Positions 7,513 through 16,695 of a stretch of DNA of 32,000 nucleotides are shown here, one piece after another. The DNA lies in the NCBI GenBank assembly GCA_934613415.1, contig CAKTSY010000002.1:330001-362000 (forward strand), given 5' to 3'. Each line of letters opens with the position of its first letter. Position 1 is the first letter of the stretch. Source of the DNA: an uncultured Opitutales bacterium. GTDB lineage: Bacteria > Verrucomicrobiota > Verrucomicrobiia > Opitutales > Intestinicryptomonadaceae. A program made the position numbers and the translations under genes. A model generated the notes under the pieces. It was not told where the DNA came from. It saw only the letters and a program-made list of their open reading frames with translations, and made no database searches.

Positions 7513-9057
7513 ATGAAACACGGCTATTTTAAAAACCTACTATTTGTTGCGGCAACTTTTGCATTGGGCTTTTCGGCAAACGCCGAAGAACCCAACGCCT
7601 TGCCGAACGACGACCTTCAAAAAATTCTGGATTCGGGCAAAGACCTTGTATTAAAAAAGGGCGAAACCTACTATATAAGCAGAACGCTGGCATTGCGTAA
7701 AAACGGACAAAAGGTATATACTGCCGACGCAAAAACCATAAAAGACTACGCCGTTCTTAAGGCAGACAACCCCGAAATGACCGCCACTTTGGTCAGTCGC
7801 GGCAAAAACCAGAAAATTAAAAACGTTACCTTTCACGGCAACCGCTACGAGCTTTCGCCGCGCAGGGGCGACGGTATGGTGCATGTTGGCGGCAAAGATT
7901 CGGGCAATTGCGAGGTAAAAGAATGCTTTTTTGCATACGGCAGAATGGGCACCTTGCTTAAGCTAGACAGCCCCGCAAAGGGCATAAAGGTTTTAGATTG
8001 CGTTATGTTTGGCGGCGGTGGTGACTGCCGCGGCAATGGAGCGGCCCCCGACGAACCCATTTCGTATTGGGGAGATACAATGACATGCTCGGCTCAGCAA
8101 ACCCACATAAAAAGCAACCTTATGATAGACCCCAGCGACGTGGGCATAGCCATATTTTGCGCTCCCGATTCGCTTATAGAGGAAAACGTTGTAGCAGGCA
8201 TAGCTCGCGAGCCTTTGGGCGGTTTTAATATGGTAGATAGAGCCGCTCCATATAAAGTTCCAAACGCGGGCGAAACCTATTCGTACGACGGCCTGGTTCT
8301 TAGAAACAACATTGTAGACGCAAGGGGCGCAAAGGTGCACATAGCTTTCCCAATGGGCAGGCAAATTTGGGGCTTTGGCGAAAAGAATATGATTTTGCGC
8401 GGCGCTACCGTAGAAAACAACCTTATCACGGGAAAGGCAATGGGCTACGGCTTCGTGGTTTTTCAGGTAGACAATTTTAAGGTTGTAAACAACAAGAGTA
8501 CTGCCATACATTCGGGCGTAGGCGACGGTACCGGCAATTTAGTGCCGCCAAAGGCCGCCGCATTTTACGCCGCAAAAGACACCTACACAAACTGCACTTT
8601 GCAAAAAGAGTTTGTTGTAAGCGACGGCTATTTTGTGCGTCTTTTGCGCAACGGCAAAGTGGAGCGCAAGCCCATCACAAAATTCTGCAAATACGAATAT
8701 ACCCGCCCCGAAGCCGAGGCTGTTGTTGAAACTGCCTTTGTTGAGATGCTTGGCAGAAACCCCAGCAGTGCCGAGCTTGAAAAAAGCATTGCCTATTTAA
8801 ATTCTCCCGAAAAGCCTTCGGGCGACGATTTCCGCCGAAGCATTATGAATTGGCCCGAATTTAAAAAGAAGTTCCCCCAATTTAAGAGCGAAGACGAAAT
8901 GCACGAATTTCGCTATAACAGATGGGTTGAAGCTTTAGACGCAATACAAAACGCCTACCTTAAAAAGACGGGAGTTTTGCCCACTGCAAAGCAAAGCTAC
9001 GCCGAAATTTGGAACTATTTTACGGGTAAACCGTTAAATGTTGCCAAAAACAAATAA
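7513..9057 (+). CDS. secreted right-handed beta-helix (pectate-lyase-fold-like) protein with DUF4214-like C-terminal domain
   Basis: Signal peptide MKHGYFKNLLFVAATFALGFSANA/EE. The central region has repetitive N/G/V-rich beta-helix-like turns (NVTFHGN..., IEENVVAG..., LRNNIVDA..., VENNLITG..., FKVVNNKS...). The C-terminal segment AFVEMLGRNPSSAELEKSIAYLNS...SIMNWPEF matches the DUF4214 pattern. Confidence 0.75.
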   Translation: MKHGYFKNLLFVAATFALGFSANAEEPNALPNDDLQKILDSGKDLVLKKGETYYISRTLALRKNGQKVYTADAKTIKDYAVLKADNPEMTATLVSRGKNQKIKNVTFHGNRYELSPRRGDGMVHVGGKDSGNCEVKECFFAYGRMGTLLKLDSPAKGIKVLDCVMFGGGGDCRGNGAAPDEPISYWGDTMTCSAQQTHIKSNLMIDPSDVGIAIFCAPDSLIEENVVAGIAREPLGGFNMVDRAAPYKVPNAGETYSYDGLVLRNNIVDARGAKVHIAFPMGRQIWGFGEKNMILRGATVENNLITGKAMGYGFVVFQVDNFKVVNNKSTAIHSGVGDGTGNLVPPKAAAFYAAKDTYTNCTLQKEFVVSDGYFVRLLRNGKVERKPITKFCKYEYTRPEAEAVVETAFVEMLGRNPSSAELEKSIAYLNSPEKPSGDDFRRSIMNWPEFKKKFPQFKSEDEMHEFRYNRWVEALDAIQNAYLKKTGVLPTAKQSYAEIWNYFTGKPLNVAKNK

Positions 9058-9141
9058 AAAAATGTTGTAATGGCGCGCAAGCCGGTGATAGAGTTTAAGC
9101 ACACTTAACTTAAAACGGAACATAAAAAATACATATATAAA

Positions 9142-10515
9142 ATGGACAGAAGAAAGTTTATAAAGAATGTCGGAGTTTCGGCGGCGGCCGCCTTTGTGCT
9201 TCCGCGCTTTTCGATAGCTTCGGGCAAAAACCCGTCTAAAAAGATAAACGTAGCCTGCGTTGGCGTAGGCGGCATTGGGGCAATGACCTTTAACGGAATG
9301 CCCAAAGACGAAGTTAACATTGTTGCCCTTTGCGACGTAGACACTGGCTCGTATACCGCGCACAACCGCAAAAAGTTTGCCCCCGATGCTCCCTTCTTTA
9401 CCGACTATAGGGAAATGCTCGACAAAATGGGCAAAGACATAGACGCCGTTTGCGTTTCTACCCCCGACCACTCGCACTTTAAAATTACGCTAGACGCAAT
9501 GCAGTGCGGCAAGCACGTTGCCGTTCAAAAGCCTCTTACCCACAACATTTGGCAGGCAAGGGAATTGGCAAAGGCAAAGAATTACTACAAAGTTCAAACC
9601 CAGATGATGAACCAGGGGCATGCCACCGAGCAGATAAGAATGCTTAAGGAATGGTATAACACGGGCATTTTGGGCGATGTGCGCGAAGTTCACGTTATGT
9701 GCTCGGGTCCGAAATGGGGCAACATATATTTTAGAACGCCCGAAATTTTCCCGCTTAAAAAGGAACAAGTTCCCTCTAACTTAGACTGGAATTTGTGGCT
9801 AAATCAGGCGAAAGACACCCCATACAACCACATCTTTGCACCCCTTTCGTGGCGCGGATTCTGGGAATTTGGCACGGGTATGTTGGGCGACTGGTTCTGC
9901 CACACGGGCGACGCTCCCGTATGGTGCTTAGACTTAAAAGATCCTGTTTCGGTAGAATTGGTTGAAGCCGACTATATTTTCGACAGCAAGGTATTTATAC
10001 CGAATCGCTCGGTTGTAAAATGGTCGTTCCCCAAAACCGACAAGAGGGCAGCCTGCGATATGTATTGGTACGACGGCGGCAAAATTCCCGCCAAAAAACC
10101 GCACGATTGGCCTAGCGACAGACCCTTTAAGTTCAGCGGTGGTATGCTTATGGTTGGCGACAAGCACACAATGGAAACAGGCTCGCGTCCGAACCACAGC
10201 CCGAGAATGTCGAACACCGAATTCTTTAAGGAATTCCGCCGCCACCAACCCGCAAAGACGATTCCCAGAGTAAGAAAGGGCAATCTCTATTGCGAATGGT
10301 TCGACGCAATTCGCGGCGACGGTCCGGAATGCGGCTCGAACTTTACATATGCAACCCAGCTTACCGAAGTTGCATTGCTCGGCTCTTTGGCTCAAAGAGT
10401 TGGCGGCAAAATCGAGTGGGACGCAAAAACAATGTCGTCGCCCAATAGGCCCGAAATTGCACAGTTCATTAAAGAACCCGTTCGCGATGGCTGGCAAACA
10501 AAGCCCGTTGCATAA
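9142..10515 (+). CDS. Tat-signal Gfo/Idh/MocA family NAD(P)-binding oxidoreductase (possibly glycosidase-like)
   Basis: N-terminus MDRRKFIKNVGVSAAAAFVLPRFSIASG is a twin-arginine signal. INVACVGVGGIGA forms the Rossmann GxGxxG. DAVCVSTPDHSHF and ...KHVAVQKPLTH are typical of the family. Confidence 0.88.
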   Translation: MDRRKFIKNVGVSAAAAFVLPRFSIASGKNPSKKINVACVGVGGIGAMTFNGMPKDEVNIVALCDVDTGSYTAHNRKKFAPDAPFFTDYREMLDKMGKDIDAVCVSTPDHSHFKITLDAMQCGKHVAVQKPLTHNIWQARELAKAKNYYKVQTQMMNQGHATEQIRMLKEWYNTGILGDVREVHVMCSGPKWGNIYFRTPEIFPLKKEQVPSNLDWNLWLNQAKDTPYNHIFAPLSWRGFWEFGTGMLGDWFCHTGDAPVWCLDLKDPVSVELVEADYIFDSKVFIPNRSVVKWSFPKTDKRAACDMYWYDGGKIPAKKPHDWPSDRPFKFSGGMLMVGDKHTMETGSRPNHSPRMSNTEFFKEFRRHQPAKTIPRVRKGNLYCEWFDAIRGDGPECGSNFTYATQLTEVALLGSLAQRVGGKIEWDAKTMSSPNRPEIAQFIKEPVRDGWQTKPVA

Positions 10516-10550
10516 CCGACAAAAACTAAAAACAAAAAACTTTAAAAAAC

Positions 10551-10590
10551 AAAATCCGCAACTTTTACAGGTTGCGGATTTTTTGTTTTT
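10551..10590. terminator. bidirectional intrinsic terminator
   Basis: 12-bp perfect stem aaaatccgcaac/gttgcggatttt (10551-10562 / 10571-10582) with an 8-nt loop, followed by a T-run. The A-rich upstream flank serves the convergent queA. Confidence 0.75.
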
Positions 10591-10653
10591 GCGCCAGTGT
10601 TTTTTTTGTAAAATGCGCGTTGTAATTTATGTAATATAAATAAGTTGCAAATT

Positions 10654-11724
10654 TTATTGAATTAGCATTGCGTCTCCATACGAAAAGAAACGGTAGTCGT
10701 TTTCCATAGCTTTTGCGTATATTTCCTTTAAAATTTCTATGCCTGTGCTTTCGCCTGGGGTTAGGAATGCCCCTACCAAACACATCAGCGTAGAGCGCGG
10801 CAGATGGAAGTTTGTAATTAGTGCATCGCAGCTTATAATCTTTTGCGGCGGGTAAACAAACAACGAAGCTTCTCCTACATAGCCGTTTTCGCATTGCGGG
10901 TTTTTGCGGCAAAAGTCTTCTATTGCCCTTAGCGAAGTGGTCCCTATTGCCAGCTTTTTTACCAACTTATTCCTTAAAACGTCTATAGAGCTTTGGGGTA
11001 TTTCGTAAAGCTCGGTGTGCATTTTGTGTTCTTCCACTATGTCGGAGGTAAGCGGTTTAAATGTTCCAATGCCTACCCTTAAAACCACATCGCAAAACGA
11101 ATTGCCCCTTTTTTGCAGGGTCTCGTTAAGCTCTTTTGTAAAGTGAAGCCCCGCCGTGGGAGCGGCAACCGCCATTCTTTTGTGAATGTCGGCATATACG
11201 GTTTCGTAGCGGTTGTTGTCGAAACTTCTGTCGTAGTCGGGCGAATTTATGTCGCGGTGAATGTAGGGCGGAAGGGGCACATAGCCGATTTTTTCGCTTA
11301 CGTCTACAACGCTTTGCCCGTTTTCGGTGTCGAAGCGCACAAGGGCGCGGCCGTCTTCAAACTTTTCTACAATTTGGGCGGTAAAGCTGCCCTTAACGGA
11401 AAAGTGCGAACCTATTTTCATTCGCTTGGCGGGCTTTAGCAGGCAATACCAATGTCCCAACTCTTTGGCGGGGTTTAAGATAAGGCATTCGCACTTGCAG
11501 CCATTTTCGCGCTGTGCCATAATCCTTGCCTTTAAAACCGCAACTTTGTTCCTGAACATATGGTAGTTTGTGTCTAGCAAGTCGGGCAGTTCCCTAAAAA
11601 CGTGGTGCGAAATTTCGCCGCTTTTGCGGTGGTATACCAAAAGTTTTGCCATATCCCTTTTGTCGCTAGGGAATTGCGCAATAAATTTTGGGTCTAAATT
11701 ATAGTCTAATTGAGAAATATGCAT
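10654..11724 (-). CDS. queA: S-adenosylmethionine:tRNA ribosyltransferase-isomerase
   Basis: 356 aa. N-terminal MHISQLDYNLDPKFIAQFP..., ...VAAPTAGLHFT..., ...AIGTTSLRAIE... and the C-terminal YRFFSYGDAMLI are hallmark QueA segments. Confidence 0.95.
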   Translation of the reverse strand: MHISQLDYNLDPKFIAQFPSDKRDMAKLLVYHRKSGEISHHVFRELPDLLDTNYHMFRNKVAVLKARIMAQRENGCKCECLILNPAKELGHWYCLLKPAKRMKIGSHFSVKGSFTAQIVEKFEDGRALVRFDTENGQSVVDVSEKIGYVPLPPYIHRDINSPDYDRSFDNNRYETVYADIHKRMAVAAPTAGLHFTKELNETLQKRGNSFCDVVLRVGIGTFKPLTSDIVEEHKMHTELYEIPQSSIDVLRNKLVKKLAIGTTSLRAIEDFCRKNPQCENGYVGEASLFVYPPQKIISCDALITNFHLPRSTLMCLVGAFLTPGESTGIEILKEIYAKAMENDYRFFSYGDAMLIQ

Positions 11725-12630
11725 TTATTTTGCCGAATATCTTTTCGGAATATCTATTAGTTTTGGGCTTTGTGCCGAGTGCGACGCGATTTTCTGCGCG
11801 GTTTCAAACGCTTTTGCGGCCGCAATGTTGTCGCAATATATAAATTTAATGAGTGCCGCAAAAACAATGTCGCCGCAGCCGGTTGCCGAAACGATTTTCT
11901 TTGCGGGCTTTGGGGTGTTTTCAAAAATTTTGCCGTTTTCGCAAATGTACGAATTTTCGCCGCCGTTAGTAACTGCAAATATCTTTGCGCAGTTTGTACT
12001 TACAAGCTTTTCGAAAGCCTTTTTGTATGCAACCTTTTTGTCGAAAAGCCCTAAAAGCTCTTTTTTATTCATCTTTAAAATGCCCAAACGATTTGTACTG
12101 TTGCAGAATGCAAAAAAGTTTAGGGGCTTGCCGTAGGTGTCGGCGCACAAAACAAGATTTTTTTCTTTGCAGATTTTTAAAAGAAGCTCGCCAAAAGAGT
12201 CTTTCCACCCCGGGAAAGAGCCGCAAAGGGCAACAATGTCGTTCTTCTTTGCGGCTTTTTTGATATATAAAACGGCTTTTTTAAACGCGCTTTCTAAAAC
12301 GGGAATATCTTTGCCTAAAAAGGTAGTTTCTGCATTATTTGCGCGAACAACTAGCCCCGTGCGCGTGTTGCCGTCTATTTCAAATGCCTTATACGCAAGC
12401 TTTTCGGCCGCAAGGCAGTTTTTGCATTTTTGGCCTTCAATGCCTGCAGCGAATATAATAGCTTCGCTTTTTAGCCCCAAAATTTGGGCTGCTCTCGACA
12501 CATTCACTCCCTTGCCGCCAACCTGAAACGACGAGCTTTCGGCGCGGATCGTTTCGCCCGTCTTAAAGGGTTTTGTATTAAAGGTATACTCTGCCAAAAG
12601 GTTGCCTGTAATTGTAAAAAGCGTTTTCAT
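11725..12630 (-). CDS. PfkB-family sugar(-phosphate) kinase (1-phosphofructokinase/tagatose-6-P kinase-like)
   Basis: 301 aa. GGKGVNVSRA forms the N-terminal lid motif and ...VSATGCGDIVFAALI... the PfkB signature 2 with the catalytic Asp. Its stop codon is directly adjacent to the queA ATG. Confidence 0.85.
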   Translation of the reverse strand: MKTLFTITGNLLAEYTFNTKPFKTGETIRAESSSFQVGGKGVNVSRAAQILGLKSEAIIFAAGIEGQKCKNCLAAEKLAYKAFEIDGNTRTGLVVRANNAETTFLGKDIPVLESAFKKAVLYIKKAAKKNDIVALCGSFPGWKDSFGELLLKICKEKNLVLCADTYGKPLNFFAFCNSTNRLGILKMNKKELLGLFDKKVAYKKAFEKLVSTNCAKIFAVTNGGENSYICENGKIFENTPKPAKKIVSATGCGDIVFAALIKFIYCDNIAAAKAFETAQKIASHSAQSPKLIDIPKRYSAK

Positions 12631-12720
12631 AGCACTTTTTAAAGCAAAGCATATTTTTTAGAGTTCTTCAAGAAAAACGGTTGCAAAATAAACCGCTATA
12701 TGAGACAATTTGCTTTGGCT

Positions 12721-14184
12721 ATGAAAATATTAATGGTTTCCTCCGAACTTGCCCCGTTTTCGAAAGTTGGCGGGCTTGCCGATATGGTTGCTTCGCTTTC
12801 GAAAGAGATGGCGAACTCTAAAAACGAAGTTAAAATAATCACCCCTTTGTATTCTTCCATAAAAAACAAGGATAAGTTTGAGGAAGCTATGCCGGTGCTC
12901 AGCGTGCATATGGGGCTTGGCATAGAAGAATACTGCAAGGTTTGGAAAACTTCTCTGGGCAAGGCAGAAGTTTATTTTCTTGAATTTAACCGCTATTTCG
13001 ATAGGCCCGGCATCTACAATTTCGGCGATGTTTCGTATAACGACAACGGTGCGCGCTATGCGTTTTTGTGTAGGGCTGCGCTGGATTTTTGCGTTGCAAA
13101 CGAATGGTACCCCGATGTTGTTCATTGCCACGATTGGCCAACGGGCTATATACCGCTATATCTAAATAACAATTTTAGAAACTTTAAACTGGGTAGGGCT
13201 GCAAGCGTATTTACCATTCACAATATGCAGCACCAGGGCGTGTTCGACAGGGGCATTTTAGAGTATGCGGGTTTGCCGCAGTCGGTTTACAACCCCTATA
13301 ATTGCGAGCACTTTGGCGTTGTAAATCTAATGAAGGGCGCGCTGTATAACGCAACAAAGGTTAGCACCGTTAGCCCCACATATGCAGAGGAAATTCAAAC
13401 CCCCCAATTCGGTTGCGGGCTAGACGGCATTGTGCGCTTTAAGTCGGCCGACATTGTGGGCGTATTAAACGGCATAGATATAGACGAATGGAACCCCGAA
13501 AAAGACAAATTTATACCGGCAAAGTTTTCGGCGGCAGATCTTTCGGGCAAGGCCGAGTGCAAAAAGGCTTTGCAAAAGAAAATGGGTTTGGCTCAAGATT
13601 CCCAAGTGCCCGTTTTTGGCGTAGTTTCGCGCTTGTTCGACCAAAAGGGGCTTGATTTGCTTGCAAATATTGGCGATGCGCTGATGGATAATATGAAAAT
13701 TCAGATTGTGCTTTTGGGCAGCGGCGACAGGAATTTGGAGAACGCCTTTAACGACTTGGCTGCGCGTCACCCCGGCAAAATGGGCGTATATATAGGCTAC
13801 AACAACGAGCTTTCGCACTTGATAGAAGCAGGTAGCGACTTTTTTCTTATGCCAAGCCGTTTCGAGCCTTGCGGCTTAAACCAAATGTATTCTATGCGCT
13901 ATGGAACATTGCCGCTTGTAAGGGCAACGGGCGGGCTTTCCGACACAGTAGAAAACTATTCGCAAAAAGACAGGACAGGCTGCGGATTCTCGTTTATGGA
14001 AGCTACCCCCTGGGCATTGTATAACACAATCGACTGGGCGGTTGCCACTTGGTACGACAGAAAGCCCGACTATTTGCTTTTGCAGCAAAATGCAATGAAG
14101 AAGGATTTTTCGTGGTCGAAGTCGGCAACCGAATATGCAAACATATACAAGTGGGCGGTTGCCGAACGCGCAAAGGGCTTTTAG
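12721..14184 (+). CDS. glgA: glycogen/starch synthase (ADP-glucose type)
   Basis: MKILMVSSELAPFSKVGGLADMV is the canonical GlgA N-terminus (KxGGL). ...HCHDWPTG..., ...PSRFEPCGLNQMY... and ...VRATGGLSDTV... are also present. The start was trimmed from track 12700 to the ATG at 12721, which gives the canonical N-terminus. Confidence 0.95.
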   Translation: MKILMVSSELAPFSKVGGLADMVASLSKEMANSKNEVKIITPLYSSIKNKDKFEEAMPVLSVHMGLGIEEYCKVWKTSLGKAEVYFLEFNRYFDRPGIYNFGDVSYNDNGARYAFLCRAALDFCVANEWYPDVVHCHDWPTGYIPLYLNNNFRNFKLGRAASVFTIHNMQHQGVFDRGILEYAGLPQSVYNPYNCEHFGVVNLMKGALYNATKVSTVSPTYAEEIQTPQFGCGLDGIVRFKSADIVGVLNGIDIDEWNPEKDKFIPAKFSAADLSGKAECKKALQKKMGLAQDSQVPVFGVVSRLFDQKGLDLLANIGDALMDNMKIQIVLLGSGDRNLENAFNDLAARHPGKMGVYIGYNNELSHLIEAGSDFFLMPSRFEPCGLNQMYSMRYGTLPLVRATGGLSDTVENYSQKDRTGCGFSFMEATPWALYNTIDWAVATWYDRKPDYLLLQQNAMKKDFSWSKSATEYANIYKWAVAERAKGF

Positions 14185-14199
14185 CCGCCGCATAAGTCT

Positions 14200-16695
14200 A
14201 TGTTTTTTCGCAAGGCAAAAGCCAACTACTCGGGCAAGGCCGTTCGCGCTTGGCTAGACGCATTGCTGCGCGACTGGGAAAAACGCTTTTCGCCATCGCA
14301 GCTTGAAAAGGGCAGGCGGTTCTACAAGCAGGGTTTTGTAAGCTCTATAGACTTGGGCGAAAGCGAGGCTTTTGTTAACTTTAAGTTTCCCGACAATTCG
14401 CAACCCTATTGTGTTGTAGGGGTTGAAAACAACGCGCTTACGTTTAGGTCTAGCATAGCCGAAAAAGACGCCACCTATGCGCTTTGCTGCGCCGCCTTAT
14501 ACGAGATTCAAGAACTTGTGTGCGACGCAATGCCGTCTTTGCCGGATTCTGCGCAACCAAACACCCCCGAAAACGATTTGCAGCCGCAAACGCCCGTCGA
14601 GGCAGAACCCGAAAAGGCGCGCGATTTCCTGCTTTCGTTTACTATATACCCGAAAGGTTTGCGCTTTGTTTGCCACCTGCTTGACGGCAAAAAAAAGCTT
14701 GCCGTTTACGGCGGCAAAAACGCCGCAATTTCAACCTTAAACAGTTCCGAAAAAGAGCAGCTGGTAAGGCTGGCCGCGTTTTCGAAAAAGGCGGGTTTTT
14801 CGTACGAAAAAAACACGCACTACTGCGGCGACATTGGCAAAATAGAAAGCTTTGCAAGGCAATATTTGCCCGTATGGAAAAAGTTTTTTAAAATAGAAAG
14901 CAACGGCAATTTGCAGGCTCTGGCAAAAGGTGTAAGAAACGCAGACTTATCGGCAAGCCTTTCGCTTAAAGACGGCAAAAAGACTTCGTTTTGTTTGGAT
15001 TGGTCGCTGGTCTTAGGCGGCGAAACAATAGACAATTCGTTTTTAAAACAGCTAAGTTCGGGCAATGCGGTTTTGGTGCCGCAATTAGGGGCTGTAAGGC
15101 TAAATGCCGAATACGGCCGTTTTTATTCGGCTTTGGAAAAGGCGCGCAATAAAGACACAAACGAAATTCCGTCGTATATGCTTTTGTCGCTTTTTTCGGA
15201 GTTTTCTAACGCGAAGTTTTCGGACGAGTTAAGGCATAATTTATACGATTTTGAAAACGCAAAATTGGATTCAAGCGAAGAACCCGCCTTTTTGCGCGAG
15301 TATCAAAAAAAGGGCGTGTGCTGGGCAAAGAAACTATTTTCGTGGAACTGTTCGGCATTGCTTGCCGACGAAATGGGTTTGGGTAAAACCGCCCAAACGC
15401 TTACGCTTGTAAACGAATTTTGCAAAGACAACAAAACCTTTGCAATAGTTGTGTGTCCGGCTTCGGTAATCCCCGTGTGGGAGGGCGAGTGTGCAAAGTT
15501 TTTCGGCAACATAAAGTGCGCCGTTTTAAATTCGGCGTTCGATTTTGCAAGCAACAAAGCCCAGCTTATAATTTCAAGCTACACCCAGCTTAGGAAAAAC
15601 AAGGCAAAAATAGAGTCGGCAAACTTTGAACTGGCTGTGCTCGACGAAGCGCAGTTTATAAAAAATCCCGAAGCGAAAACAACGGCGGCTTGTATGTCTA
15701 TAAACGCAAAGCACAAGATTGCGCTAACGGGTACGCCGCTTGAAAACGACATTCTGGATTTGTGGACAATTTTTCGCTGGCTCATGCCAAACCTTTTGCC
15801 CGACAAAACAGCCTTTGCCGAAATGTATGCACAAGACCCGAAAGCCGCGGTCGAAAAAATACGCAGGCAAATTTCGCCGTTTTGTCTTAGAAGGCTTAAA
15901 AAAGACGTCGACAGCCAACTGCCAGAGAAGATATATTCGGATTTGCTTTGCCCGCTTAGCCCGTTGCAAAAATCCGAATACGAAAAATACCTGCGCCTGG
16001 CGAAGGCCGACTTGGCGGAATCTATTGAAGGCAAAAACCCGCGGGCAAGAATGGGCGTTTTGGCTTTGCTTACAAGGTTGCGTCAGGCGTGCTGCGACGC
16101 TTCGCTTTTGCCAAATGTAGACTGCTCGCTTTTCGACGGCGGCAAAATTTCGGCGTTAACCGACAAGGTTCAGGAGCTTTATTTCGGCAAAAAAAAGGTT
16201 TTGGTGTTCAGCCAATTTACAAGCTTTTTAAAGCGCATAAAAGCCGCCGTAAAAACAAGGGTTCCCCAAATGGAAATCTACGAGCTTACGGGTTCTACGC
16301 GCGACAGGGTTTTGCCCGTAAAGTCTTTTCAAGAAACGAAAAATTCGGCATTGATTTTGGTAAGTTTAAAGGCTGGCGGAACTGGCATAACCCTTACCGA
16401 GGCCGACTATGTTTTCTTTATGGACCCGTGGTGGAACCCAGCGGTAGAAGAGCAGGCAATAGACCGAGTGCACCGCATAGGCCGAAAGGGCGACGTTTTT
16501 GTATATAAGATGTATGCGCGCGGCACGGTAGAAGACGCGGTTCGCCGCCTGCAAATAGGCAAAAAAGAGCTGTTCGAAAATATGTTTGGCAACATAAAAG
16601 ACGTTTCGGAAAGCTCGGAATTTGCGCAAACTCTTTCGCTTATTTTAAACGCATTCGACAACAACAATACAGACGACAACTATGAGGATATTTAG
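14200..16695 (+). CDS. SNF2-family DEAD/H helicase with uncharacterised N-terminal region of about 360 aa (degenerate SWIM-like)
   Basis: Helicase core: LADEMGLGKTAQT (motif I), VLDEAQFIKN (motif II), LTGTPLEN (motif III), and the C-terminal lobe ...LVSLKAGGTGITLTEADYVFFMDPWWNPAVEEQAIDRVHRIGR. The N-terminal segment GRRFYKQGFVSS...YCVVGVE resembles SWIM-associated SNF2 proteins but lacks the Cys/His ligands. Confidence 0.9.
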   Translation: MFFRKAKANYSGKAVRAWLDALLRDWEKRFSPSQLEKGRRFYKQGFVSSIDLGESEAFVNFKFPDNSQPYCVVGVENNALTFRSSIAEKDATYALCCAALYEIQELVCDAMPSLPDSAQPNTPENDLQPQTPVEAEPEKARDFLLSFTIYPKGLRFVCHLLDGKKKLAVYGGKNAAISTLNSSEKEQLVRLAAFSKKAGFSYEKNTHYCGDIGKIESFARQYLPVWKKFFKIESNGNLQALAKGVRNADLSASLSLKDGKKTSFCLDWSLVLGGETIDNSFLKQLSSGNAVLVPQLGAVRLNAEYGRFYSALEKARNKDTNEIPSYMLLSLFSEFSNAKFSDELRHNLYDFENAKLDSSEEPAFLREYQKKGVCWAKKLFSWNCSALLADEMGLGKTAQTLTLVNEFCKDNKTFAIVVCPASVIPVWEGECAKFFGNIKCAVLNSAFDFASNKAQLIISSYTQLRKNKAKIESANFELAVLDEAQFIKNPEAKTTAACMSINAKHKIALTGTPLENDILDLWTIFRWLMPNLLPDKTAFAEMYAQDPKAAVEKIRRQISPFCLRRLKKDVDSQLPEKIYSDLLCPLSPLQKSEYEKYLRLAKADLAESIEGKNPRARMGVLALLTRLRQACCDASLLPNVDCSLFDGGKISALTDKVQELYFGKKKVLVFSQFTSFLKRIKAAVKTRVPQMEIYELTGSTRDRVLPVKSFQETKNSALILVSLKAGGTGITLTEADYVFFMDPWWNPAVEEQAIDRVHRIGRKGDVFVYKMYARGTVEDAVRRLQIGKKELFENMFGNIKDVSESSEFAQTLSLILNAFDNNNTDDNYEDI

